Position numbers and translations under genes: made by a program. A DNA stretch of 49,711 nucleotides. Origin: Actinomycetota bacterium. GTDB lineage: Bacteria; Actinomycetota; UBA4738; HRBIN12. The stretch is from positions 1 to 49,711 of the forward strand of contig DATBLY010000013.1 of NCBI GenBank assembly GCA_036555125.1, written 5' to 3'. Position 1 is the stretch's first letter. Every line of letters begins with the position of its first letter. Below the pieces are notes generated by a model. It did no database searches, had not been told where the DNA came from, and saw only the letters and a program-made list of their open reading frames with translations. Shown in pieces: positions 8,516 through 17,081 of the stretch.

Positions 8516-9709
8516 ATGCGCGTCATCCTGTTCACCGGGAAAGGGGGGGTCGGCAAGACGACGATCGCGGCGGCGACGGCGGTGCGCTCGGCGAACGCCG
8601 GGTCGCGGACCCTCGTGATGAGCACGGATCCGGCCCACTCCCTGGCCGATTCGTTCGAGGCGGAGATCGGCTCCGATCCGACCGAGATCGCCCCCGATCT
8701 GTGGGGCCAGCAGATCGACGCCCAGGAGCGCCTCGAGGACAACTGGCGCGAGATCCAGGACTACTTCGTCCAGCTGATGAACTGGGCGGGCACGGAGACG
8801 ATCCAGGCCGAGGAGCTCACGGTGATCCCCGGCATCGACGAGATCTTCAGCCTGATCGACGTCCGCACGCACGTGGAGAGCGGGAAGTTCGACGCGGTGG
8901 TGGTGGACTGCGCGCCGACCGCGGAGACCCTTCGCTTGCTGTCACTCCCCGAGGTCATGAACTGGTACATCGAGCGGATCTTCCCGGTGGAGCGACGGGT
9001 CGTGAAGGCGGTCCGCCCGATGCTCAGCCGGATGACGACCCTGCCGATCGCGGGCGATCAGGTGTTCGCGGCGATCGAGCGCCTGCACCGCAACCTCGAC
9101 GCCGTCAAGCAGATCCTCACCGACGAGCGCGTCGCGTCGGTCCGGCTCGTCGTGAACCCCGAGAAGATGGTGATCGCGGAGGCCCGCCGGACCTACACGT
9201 ACCTCGGCCTGTTCGGGTATCGGGTCGACGCCGTCATCGTGAATCGGATCATCCCCGAGGACGTCATCGACCCGTACTTCGGCAAGTGGAAGGACATCCA
9301 GTCCGAGCACCTCGCCACGGTTCACGAGTCCTTCGACCCCGTGCCGATCCTCACGTCTCGGCTGTTCGATCGGGAGATGGTCGGGATCCCCCTCCTGCGG
9401 GAGATGGGCGACGAGGTCTATCGGTCGCGACCCGCGATGGAGGTGCTGTACCGGGACGAGCCGATCCGTGTGCGCAAGCGCGGCACCGGGTACGTGCTGT
9501 CGATGCGGCTCCCGTTCGTCTCGCGCGACGACATGGACATCCACCGTCGGGGTGAGGAGCTGTTCGTCCGCGTGGGGTCGTACAAGCGCAACCTGATCCT
9601 CCCTCAGACCTTGAAGCGCATGACCGTGCGAGAGGCGAACTTCGCCGGGGACCGGCTCGAGATCCTCTTCGGGCGCGTCGGGCCCTCGGCGGAAGCGGGA
9701 GGAGGGTGA
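8516..9709 (+). CDS. ArsA/Get3-like P-loop ATPase with a C-terminal HSP20-like domain
   Basis: Deviant Walker A FTGKGGVGKTT, MSTDPAHSL signature, DCAPTAETLRLL. ATG at 8516 in frame with track ORF 6929..9709; the upstream 529 codons are R/G-rich shadow. Confidence 0.9.
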   Translation: MRVILFTGKGGVGKTTIAAATAVRSANAGSRTLVMSTDPAHSLADSFEAEIGSDPTEIAPDLWGQQIDAQERLEDNWREIQDYFVQLMNWAGTETIQAEELTVIPGIDEIFSLIDVRTHVESGKFDAVVVDCAPTAETLRLLSLPEVMNWYIERIFPVERRVVKAVRPMLSRMTTLPIAGDQVFAAIERLHRNLDAVKQILTDERVASVRLVVNPEKMVIAEARRTYTYLGLFGYRVDAVIVNRIIPEDVIDPYFGKWKDIQSEHLATVHESFDPVPILTSRLFDREMVGIPLLREMGDEVYRSRPAMEVLYRDEPIRVRKRGTGYVLSMRLPFVSRDDMDIHRRGEELFVRVGSYKRNLILPQTLKRMTVREANFAGDRLEILFGRVGPSAEAGGG

Positions 9710-10023
9710 ACGTGCCGGGGACACAGGACACGTCGGGGACGTCGACCAACGGCGAGCGCAGGCGGGCGGCGGAGACGGAGCCGGACGGCGCGAAGGGCGA
9801 GGGGCCGGCGCCCGGCGCGGGCAAGCACGTCTGCGACGTGGCGTTCTGCCCGATCGGGCTCGCGCTCTCCGCCGTGCAGCCGCTCAAGCCCGATGTGGTC
9901 GAACACCTGCTCGTGGCCGGTCGGGAGTTCCTGCTCGCGGCGAAGGCGGTGATCGATGCCCGCGTCGGGGAGACAGACGACCAGGAGGCTCCGCCGACGC
10001 TAGAGAGGATCGACATCGGGTGA
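9706..10023 (+). CDS. Small conserved hypothetical protein with a CxxxxC motif
   Basis: 105 aa with HVCDVAFCPIGLA. High GC3. GTGA overlaps at both ends (9706..9709 and 10020..10023). Confidence 0.55.
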   Translation: MNVPGTQDTSGTSTNGERRRAAETEPDGAKGEGPAPGAGKHVCDVAFCPIGLALSAVQPLKPDVVEHLLVAGREFLLAAKAVIDARVGETDDQEAPPTLERIDIG

Positions 10024-10982
10024 GCGACCGCTCGCCCGAGGCTGTCGGGATCGACGTCGGCGGCACGAAGATCGCCGCGGCGCGTGTCTCGTCGGTGGGT
10101 GAGATCCTCGCGCGGGCGGTGGTCCCATCGCCGGCCGACGACACGGACGCGATCGTCGAGGCGATGGTCGCTGCCGCCGTGGCGGTGGGGGCGCAGGGGG
10201 TGACCGCCGTCGGGATCTCTGCGGCCGGGATGGTCGAGATCGGCACCGGGATCATGCGGTTCGCGCCGAACCTCGCCTGGCGCGACGCCGATCTGCGGGC
10301 TCGGGTCGGGACCCCGCTCGGCCTCCCGACCGTGGTGGAGAACGACAACAACGCGGCGGCCTGGGGCGAGTTCCGGTTCGGGGTCGGGCGGGGCCACCGA
10401 CATGTCCTGTTCGTCGGGGTCGGGACGGGGATCGGCGGCGGGATCGTCGCCGACGGCGCGCTGCTCCGCGGCGCCCACGGGTTCGCGGCCGAGATCGGCC
10501 ACTTCGTCGTCCAGCCGGACGGGGAGCGGTGCGGATGCGGGAACCGCGGCTGCTGGGAGACGGTCGCGAGCGGATCCGCGATCACCAGGGAGGCCCGCAA
10601 GGCCGTGGCCCGTCACCCGCACTCGAGGATCGCCGAGCTGGCGGAGGGCGATCCCGATCGCGCCACCGGCTCGATGGTGACCCGGGCGGCCCGAGAGGGA
10701 GACCCGGCGGCGACGGGGATCCTGGCCGAGGTGGGCCACCGGCTGGGCGAGGGGATCGGCGGCCTCGTGAACATCCTCGATCCCGAGATCGTGATCGTCG
10801 GCGGCGGGGCGGCGGCGGCCGGCGATCTCTTGCTGGCCCCGGCGCGGGTCGCGTTCCGGATGTCGGTGGAGGCCCCCGACCACCGTCCGGACGTGCCGAT
10901 CGTCGCCGCCGGGCTGGGGGCGGACGCGGGCGTGATCGGGGCGGCGGTCCTCGCGCTCGACGGGACGCCCGTGGCCCCGTGA
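10020..10982 (+). CDS. ROK-family glucokinase
   Basis: GIDVGGTKIAA N-terminus, ENDNNAAAWGE, and the zinc motif EIGH...CGCGNRGCWE. Confidence 0.9.
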   Translation: MSDRSPEAVGIDVGGTKIAAARVSSVGEILARAVVPSPADDTDAIVEAMVAAAVAVGAQGVTAVGISAAGMVEIGTGIMRFAPNLAWRDADLRARVGTPLGLPTVVENDNNAAAWGEFRFGVGRGHRHVLFVGVGTGIGGGIVADGALLRGAHGFAAEIGHFVVQPDGERCGCGNRGCWETVASGSAITREARKAVARHPHSRIAELAEGDPDRATGSMVTRAAREGDPAATGILAEVGHRLGEGIGGLVNILDPEIVIVGGGAAAAGDLLLAPARVAFRMSVEAPDHRPDVPIVAAGLGADAGVIGAAVLALDGTPVAP

Positions 10983-11860
10983 AGCTCGGGCTCTCGCTCC
11001 CGGTCTTCACGCCCGATCCCGCGCGGCCGCTCGAGGTCGCCGGGAGGGCGGCGGAGGCCGGCTTCGACGGTGTGTTCGTCCCGGATCACCTGTTCCCGCC
11101 GGTCTTCTATCCACCGTCGGGGCCCGACCGGCCCGCCCTGGAGGCGTTCGCCGTGCTCTCGTCGGTGGCGGCACGCCATCCGGAGCTGTACGTGGGGACC
11201 CTGGTCGCCCGGGTCACCCTGCGCCCGCCGGGGATCCTCGCGAAGCAGGTGGCGGCGCTCGCCGAGATGTCGCGAGCCGGGGCGATCGTGGCGCTCGGGA
11301 CGGGCGATCGTGCGTCGCAGCCCGAGCACGAGACGTTCGGGATCGACCTCCCCGCGGCCGGCGAGCGCGTGCGGCTCCTCGAGGAGACGGTCGAGTCGTT
11401 GGGGGAGCTCTTCCGGGGGCGGCCGTATCCGGGCGGGACCATGGTGCCCCCGCTCGTCGGCCCCCTCCTCCCGGCGGCCTCGGCCGAGCGATGGGTCGGA
11501 GGCCTCTCCGAGGCGGTCGTGGCGGTCGCCGCGCGGTCGGCGGATGCGTGGAACGGGTGGGGGCTCGGCGTCGAGGCGTTCGCGACGACGGCAGGGCGGC
11601 TGCGCGAGCTCGCGGGGGACCGGGTCGTGCCGCCGACGTGGGGAGGGATCGCGCTCGTCGGACGCGATCGCGGAGAGCTCGGGCGGTTGATCGACGAGCG
11701 GACCGCAGACGGAAGGTCGCTCGACGGGGTGTGGACCGGCACGGCGGCGGACCTGCGCGCGTTCGTGGACGCGCTCGCCGGCCACGGCGCGGCCTGGTTC
11801 ATCGTCCTGCCGGTCGGACCCCCGGACCGCGTCGACGTGATCGCGGACGCGCTCCGATGA
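10979..11860 (+). CDS. Luciferase-like (LLM class) flavin/F420-dependent oxidoreductase
   Basis: VKLGLSLPVF...AAEAGFDGVFVPDHL pattern. GTG 10979 forms a GTGA overlap with the glucokinase stop. Confidence 0.75.
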   Translation: MKLGLSLPVFTPDPARPLEVAGRAAEAGFDGVFVPDHLFPPVFYPPSGPDRPALEAFAVLSSVAARHPELYVGTLVARVTLRPPGILAKQVAALAEMSRAGAIVALGTGDRASQPEHETFGIDLPAAGERVRLLEETVESLGELFRGRPYPGGTMVPPLVGPLLPAASAERWVGGLSEAVVAVAARSADAWNGWGLGVEAFATTAGRLRELAGDRVVPPTWGGIALVGRDRGELGRLIDERTADGRSLDGVWTGTAADLRAFVDALAGHGAAWFIVLPVGPPDRVDVIADALR

Positions 11861-12468
11861 ACGGCGGGGCGCTGAAGCGGGCGAAGCGGGAAGTGCGGCG
11901 CCGCGTGCTCGCCGCCCGGGACGCGATCGCGCCGACCGAGCTCGCCCGGACCGCCGAGCGGGTCGCCCGGCGCGTCGTCGACCTGCCCGAGCTGGCCGAC
12001 GCGCGGACCGTCCTCGCGTTCTGGTCCTTCGGCTCCGAGGTGCCCACCGCACCCCTGCTCGAGGCGTTGACGGGAGCCGGGCATCGCGTGCTCCTGCCGA
12101 GGATCGCGGGCGACGAGCTCGAGCTGCGGACCTGGTCCCCGGGCGACCCCCTCTCGGCGACGAGCTTCGGGGCGATGGAGCCGACGGACGGAGCGGTCGT
12201 CGATGCCGGCGAGGTCGATGTGGTCGTGACGCCTGCGGTCGCGTTCGATCGGATGGGTGGCCGCGTGGGCTACGGCCGTGGGTTCTACGACCGGCTGTTC
12301 CGCCGGACACGGCCCGATGCGTTCCGCCTGGGGATCGCGACGGATGAGCAGCTGGTGGACGGCCGGCTGCCGGCGGGCCCGTTCGATCTCCCCGTCCATG
12401 CGATCGTGACCGGATCCGGGGTCGTCCGTCCGGGGACGGCCGGGCCCGCGGCCGACCGCAAGGGTTGA
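11857..12468 (+). CDS. 5-formyltetrahydrofolate cyclo-ligase
   Basis: K.LR...L..R, FGSEVPT, and VVTPAVAFDRMGGRVGYGRGFYDR (the G.G.GYYDR signature). ATGA overlap at 11857..11860. Confidence 0.85.
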   Translation: MNGGALKRAKREVRRRVLAARDAIAPTELARTAERVARRVVDLPELADARTVLAFWSFGSEVPTAPLLEALTGAGHRVLLPRIAGDELELRTWSPGDPLSATSFGAMEPTDGAVVDAGEVDVVVTPAVAFDRMGGRVGYGRGFYDRLFRRTRPDAFRLGIATDEQLVDGRLPAGPFDLPVHAIVTGSGVVRPGTAGPAADRKG

Positions 12469-12548
12469 ACGAAGGTTCAAACGCGCGGTATAACGCCCGG
12501 ACCGACCGGAGGCCGGCCCGGCCTCGGGCGACCGCATCCGGAGGACGG

Positions 12549-13646
12549 GTGAGCGAGAGCAGGCGGACCGCGTTCCACGCCGTCACGTCGCGGACGGCGG
12601 CCGACTACATGGAGGAGGCCGGCTGGCTCTGGGTCACGAACTACGGCGACCCGGAGGCCGAGTATCGCGCCGTGCGGGACGGCGTCGGGATGTGGGACCT
12701 CTCGCCGCTGAACAAGTGGGAGTTCCGCGGGCCGGACGCCGTCGAGGCCGCACAGCGGGTGCACACGAACGACGTCCTCGCGATGCGCGACGGCCAGGTG
12801 CGCTACGGGGCCTTCGTCGACGAGGACGGGCTCCTGGTCGACGACGGCACGGTCTTCCGGTTCTCCGACGACCACCTGTGGGTGTGCACGAACGGCAACG
12901 ACCGCGCCGACTACTTCGCCGAGGCCACGAAGGGACTCGACGTGTCGGTCGACTACATCGCGCCCGAGCTGCCCAGCATGCAGATCCAGGGACCGCGGTC
13001 GCGCGATCTGGTCCGGACGCTCACCGATGCGCCCGTGGACGAGCTGCGCTACTTCACGTTCTTCCCCCAGCCCGTCACGTTCGGCGGGGTGCCCGTCTGG
13101 CTCTCGCGAACCGGGTTCTCGGGCGAGCTCGGATACGAGGTCTTCCTGCGGCCCCAGCACGCGGAAGCGCTCTGGGACGCGGTCGAGGCCGCCGGCGCTA
13201 CGCCGTACGGCGTCGACATCATCGAGCCGATCCGGGTCGAGACCGGGATGATCGTCACGGACTACGACTACGAGGCGCATCAGCGCACGCCGTTCGACCT
13301 GGGGCTCGACCGGATGGTCGCCCTCGACGGCGAGGGCGAGTTCATGGGGAAGGAGAAGCTCCGGGAGGTGGCGAACGATCCACCGAACCGGTTCAAGACG
13401 GTGCGCTTCGAGGGGGAGCGCCTGCCCGCGTACGGCGCGCCGATCTCGATCGACGGGGCCGAGGTCGGCGTGCTCACCTCGCCGGCCACGAGCCCGCGCT
13501 ACGGGGGCCTGGGGCTCGCCATCCTCCGGACCGACGTCGCGGCGGAGGGTCGCCGCGTCGAGGTGGCGAGCGACGAGGGCCCGATCGCCGGGACCGTCGA
13601 CGTGCTCGCCGTGCACGACCCGGGGAAGCGCCGCCCGCGGAGCTGA
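12549..13646 (+). CDS. Aminomethyltransferase (GcvT) family protein, paralog A
   Basis: DLSPLNKWEFRGPDA, VRYGAFVDEDG...DDG, MQIQGPRSRD, RTGFSGELGYEVF. GTG 12549 is preceded by GGAGGA. Confidence 0.85.
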   Translation: MSESRRTAFHAVTSRTAADYMEEAGWLWVTNYGDPEAEYRAVRDGVGMWDLSPLNKWEFRGPDAVEAAQRVHTNDVLAMRDGQVRYGAFVDEDGLLVDDGTVFRFSDDHLWVCTNGNDRADYFAEATKGLDVSVDYIAPELPSMQIQGPRSRDLVRTLTDAPVDELRYFTFFPQPVTFGGVPVWLSRTGFSGELGYEVFLRPQHAEALWDAVEAAGATPYGVDIIEPIRVETGMIVTDYDYEAHQRTPFDLGLDRMVALDGEGEFMGKEKLREVANDPPNRFKTVRFEGERLPAYGAPISIDGAEVGVLTSPATSPRYGGLGLAILRTDVAAEGRRVEVASDEGPIAGTVDVLAVHDPGKRRPRS

Positions 13647-13683
13647 TCCGGCCGACGACGACCGACCCGATGGGAGGAGACCG

Positions 13684-14775
13684 ATGAACGACGAGCGACG
13701 CTCGCCGCTGCACGACGCTCAGATCGCGATGGGCGCCGAGTTCATGTGGGAGGACGGGTGGCCCTGGACCAACAAGGTCACCGATCCGATGGCCGAGTAC
13801 GAAGCGATCCGGACCGCGACCGGGATCTGGGATCTGTACTCGACCTGCAAGTACGAGGTCACGGGCGCGGACGCGGGGCGGCTGATCCAGCGCCGGTTCA
13901 CGAACGACGTCTCGGCGATGACGGACGGCTCGGTGCGCTACGGGGCGTTCGTGAACGCCGACGGGAACATGGTCGACGACGGCAACGTGTACCGGTTCGC
14001 ACCCGACCGCTACTGGGTGATGATCAACACGGCCGACCTCGAGGGGTGGTTCCGAGAGACCGCCGACGGTCTGGATGCGACGGTGGAGCATCGGACCGAC
14101 GACCTGCCGATGATCTCGGTCCAGGGGCCGACGTCGCGCGACCTGATGCAGGGGCTGACCGACGCCGACCTGTCCTCGCTCGGCTACTTCCGCTTCTGGC
14201 CCGACGCCGTGACGGTGGGGGGCGTGAGCGCGACCGTGCTCCGCACGGGGTTCTCGGGCGAGCTGGGGTTCGAGCTCGTCACCGACGTCGCGTCCGTCGT
14301 GCCGCTCTGGCAGGCGCTCGCCGCCGCGGGCGCGGTGCCGTTCGGCCTCGAGGCGATCGACCTGGCACGGACCGAGGTGGGCCTGATCATCATCGCGCTC
14401 GACTACCAGCCGGGCGAGACGGACCCCTACGACCTGTCGATGGACCGGTTCATCAAGGCCGGCACCGAGTGCGTCGGGGCCCGGGCGCTCGCGGCCTACG
14501 GCGCCAACCCGCCGAAGCGGTTCAAGACGCTCCGGATCGAGGGCGACACGGCCCCGGAATACGGCGCGTCGGTGATGCTCGAGGGGGAGCAGGTCGGGAC
14601 CGTCACCTCGCCGGCGATCTCGCCGCGCCTCGGCACGATCGGCCTCGCGGTCCTCGACGCCGCGGTGTCGGACGACGGGCGGCGACTGGACGTGGCGGTC
14701 GGCGACGGCACGGTGGGGGCAGACGTGGCCCCGCTCAACCTGTACGACCCGGAGCGTCGCAAGCCGCGCGCCTGA
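13684..14775 (+). CDS. Aminomethyltransferase (GcvT) family protein, paralog B
   Basis: Same architecture as paralog A: VRYGAFVNADGNMVDDG, ISVQGPTSRD, RTGFSGELGFEL. Roughly 40% identity to paralog A by eye. Confidence 0.85.
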   Translation: MNDERRSPLHDAQIAMGAEFMWEDGWPWTNKVTDPMAEYEAIRTATGIWDLYSTCKYEVTGADAGRLIQRRFTNDVSAMTDGSVRYGAFVNADGNMVDDGNVYRFAPDRYWVMINTADLEGWFRETADGLDATVEHRTDDLPMISVQGPTSRDLMQGLTDADLSSLGYFRFWPDAVTVGGVSATVLRTGFSGELGFELVTDVASVVPLWQALAAAGAVPFGLEAIDLARTEVGLIIIALDYQPGETDPYDLSMDRFIKAGTECVGARALAAYGANPPKRFKTLRIEGDTAPEYGASVMLEGEQVGTVTSPAISPRLGTIGLAVLDAAVSDDGRRLDVAVGDGTVGADVAPLNLYDPERRKPRA

Positions 14776-14795
14776 GCGGCCGATAGGGTCGAGAG

Positions 14796-15323
14796 GTGAT
14801 CGACGCCGCCTTCGAGCTGCGCACCGAGCGTCTGCGCCTGCGGCCGTATCGGGTCGGCGACCTCGAGGCCTTCCACGCGATCGTCGGGGACGCCGAGACG
14901 ATGCGGTACTACCCGGAGCCGTTCTCGCTCGATGCCGCCCGGGGCTGGATCGAGCGCGTCCTCGCGCGCTACGACGAGCTCGGGTTCGGCCTGCTGATGG
15001 TCGAGGACGGTGCGTCGGGCGAGCTGATCGGCAGCTGCGGCCCGAACGTCCAGACCGTCGACGGCGTCCAGGAGGTCGAGCTGGGGTGGCACGTCCGACG
15101 CGACCGCTGGGGCGAGGGTGTCGCACCGGAGGCCGCCATCGCCTGCCGCGAGTGGACGTTCGCGAACGTCGACACGGACCACCTGATCGCGCTCGTGCGA
15201 CCCGTCAACACGCCGTCTCGGCGCGTCGCCGAGAAGATCGGGATGACGGTCTGGAAGGAGACGCTCCACAACGAGCGCCTCCGCTGGCCGCACCTCGTCT
15301 ACCGGATCGACCGGCCCGGCTGA
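14796..15323 (+). CDS. GNAT-family N-acetyltransferase (RimJ/RimL-like)
   Basis: TERLRLRP..., ELGWHVRRDRWGEGVAPEAA, N..S.RVAEKIGM pattern. Confidence 0.8.
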   Translation: MIDAAFELRTERLRLRPYRVGDLEAFHAIVGDAETMRYYPEPFSLDAARGWIERVLARYDELGFGLLMVEDGASGELIGSCGPNVQTVDGVQEVELGWHVRRDRWGEGVAPEAAIACREWTFANVDTDHLIALVRPVNTPSRRVAEKIGMTVWKETLHNERLRWPHLVYRIDRPG

Positions 15324-15333
15324 CGTTCGGGGA

Positions 15334-17004
15334 TCAGAACAACCCGACGGTGCGGCCGGCCTCGTCGATGTCGACGTCCATGAACGCCGGCGTCTTGCCG
15401 AGGCCCGGCATCCGCTGCATGTCCCCGCACAGGACCACGACGAACCCCGCCCCGGCCGCGGGGACGACGCCGCGGACGGGCAGACGGAACCCACGTGGCC
15501 GGTTGAGCAGGCCCGGGTCGTGCGAGAGCGAGAGGTGCGTCTTCGCCATGCAGACCGGGACGGTGCCGAACCCGAGGGCGTCCATCCGCTCGAGATCCCG
15601 CTCGGCCTGGGGGAGGTAGTCGACGCCGTCGGCGCCGTACAGGCGGGTCGCGATCGTCTCGATCTGCTCCCGGAGCGGCGTGTCGTCCGGCGTCAGGAAC
15701 GTGAAGGCGTTCGGCCGGTCGCAGGCCGCCACGACCGCGTTCGCGAGGTCGACGGCGCCCTCGCCTCCGTCGGCGAACCCGCGGTTCACGACGACGGTCT
15801 CGGCGCCGGCGGCGGTCGCGAGCTCCTGGATCAGCGCGAGCTCGGCGGCCGTGTCGGTCGGGAACGCGTTGATCGAGACGACGCACGGCAGACCGTAGGC
15901 GCGGGTGATCTCGACGTGCGCGGACAGGTTGTCGATCCCGCGCCGCAGTGCCTCGAGGTCCTCCTCACCCAGGCGGTCGAACGCCATCCCCCCGTGCGAC
16001 TTCGTGGCGCGGACCGTGGTCACCAACACCGCCGCGCTCGGGCTGAACCCCCCGAACCGGCAGACGATGTCGCAGAACTTCTGCAGCCCGAGGTCGGAGG
16101 CGAACCCGGCCTCGGTCACGACGTAGTCCGCCAGCTTCAACGCGACCCGGTCCTCGATGATCGAGTTGTTCGCGTGGGCGATGTTGCCGAAGGGGCCCGC
16201 GTGGATCAGCACGGGCTGATGCTCCAGCGTCTGCACGAGGTTGGGGGCGATCGCGTCCTTCATGATCACGGTCATCGCCCCGGCCACCCGCAGGTCCTCG
16301 GCGGTGACCGACCGGCCGTCGCGCGACTCCGCGACGACGATCCGGCCGAGGCGGGTCCGCAGGTCGTGCAGGTCGCTCGCGAGCGCGAAGACGGCCATCA
16401 CCTCCGACGCGGCGGTGATCACGAACGCGTTCTCGCGCGGGACGCCGTGCGGCTTGCCGCCGAGGCCCACGACCGTGTACCGGAGCTCCCGGTCGTTCAC
16501 GTCGAGCGTCCGGGGCCACGTGATCGTCCGCGGGTCGATGTCCAACGGGTTGCCGTTGAAGATGGACGCGTCCAGGGCCGCCGCGAGCAGGTTGTGGGCG
16601 GCCGTGACGGCGTGGAAGTCGCCGTTCAGGTGCAGGTTGATCTCCTCCATGGGGACCACCTGCGCGTAGCCGCCCCCGTTGCCCCCGCCCTTGATCCCGA
16701 ACACCGGTCCCATCGAGGGCTCGCGCAGGCAGAGGATCACGTCCTCGCCGATCGCCCCGAGCCCCTGGGTGAGCGACACCGACGTGGTCGTCTTGCCCTC
16801 GCCGGCCTTCGTGGGCGTGATCGCGGTGGTGATGATCAGCTTGCCGTCGGGACGATCGCGGAGCCGATCCACGATCGCCGGCGAGACCTTCGCCCGGTAG
16901 CGGCCGAAGGGCTCCAGCTCCTCGGGAAGGATCCCCGCGGCGGCGGCGATCTCGTCGATCGGCCGCAGCTCCGCCTGCTGGGCGATCTCGAGTCCTGACC
17001 TCAC
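15334..17004 (-). CDS. fhs: Formate-tetrahydrofolate ligase
   Basis: LEIAQQAELRPIDEIAAAAGI, PTKAGEGKTTT P-loop, EAGFASDLG; full-length match to the Fhs pattern. I chose the GTG start at 17004 (GAGGAG 7 nt upstream), giving 556 aa. The track start at 17163 adds an R/P-rich tail. Confidence 0.92.
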   Translation of the reverse strand: MRSGLEIAQQAELRPIDEIAAAAGILPEELEPFGRYRAKVSPAIVDRLRDRPDGKLIITTAITPTKAGEGKTTTSVSLTQGLGAIGEDVILCLREPSMGPVFGIKGGGNGGGYAQVVPMEEINLHLNGDFHAVTAAHNLLAAALDASIFNGNPLDIDPRTITWPRTLDVNDRELRYTVVGLGGKPHGVPRENAFVITAASEVMAVFALASDLHDLRTRLGRIVVAESRDGRSVTAEDLRVAGAMTVIMKDAIAPNLVQTLEHQPVLIHAGPFGNIAHANNSIIEDRVALKLADYVVTEAGFASDLGLQKFCDIVCRFGGFSPSAAVLVTTVRATKSHGGMAFDRLGEEDLEALRRGIDNLSAHVEITRAYGLPCVVSINAFPTDTAAELALIQELATAAGAETVVVNRGFADGGEGAVDLANAVVAACDRPNAFTFLTPDDTPLREQIETIATRLYGADGVDYLPQAERDLERMDALGFGTVPVCMAKTHLSLSHDPGLLNRPRGFRLPVRGVVPAAGAGFVVVLCGDMQRMPGLGKTPAFMDVDIDEAGRTVGLF

Positions 17005-17081
17005 GACGACGCTCCTCGGCCGGATGGCGACGGCCGTGAGGATACCGGAGGCGTCCCCGAGGCCGGTGCGATACTCCGGCG

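Noticed and set aside
12469-12548. Expected a glycine riboswitch (or THF riboswitch) in the leader of the first gcvT-like gene
   Set aside because: The gap is only about 80 nt. It lacks the conserved glycine-aptamer core sequences I know. It contains just a 7-bp GC hairpin (gaggccg-gcc-cggcctc) without a U-tract.
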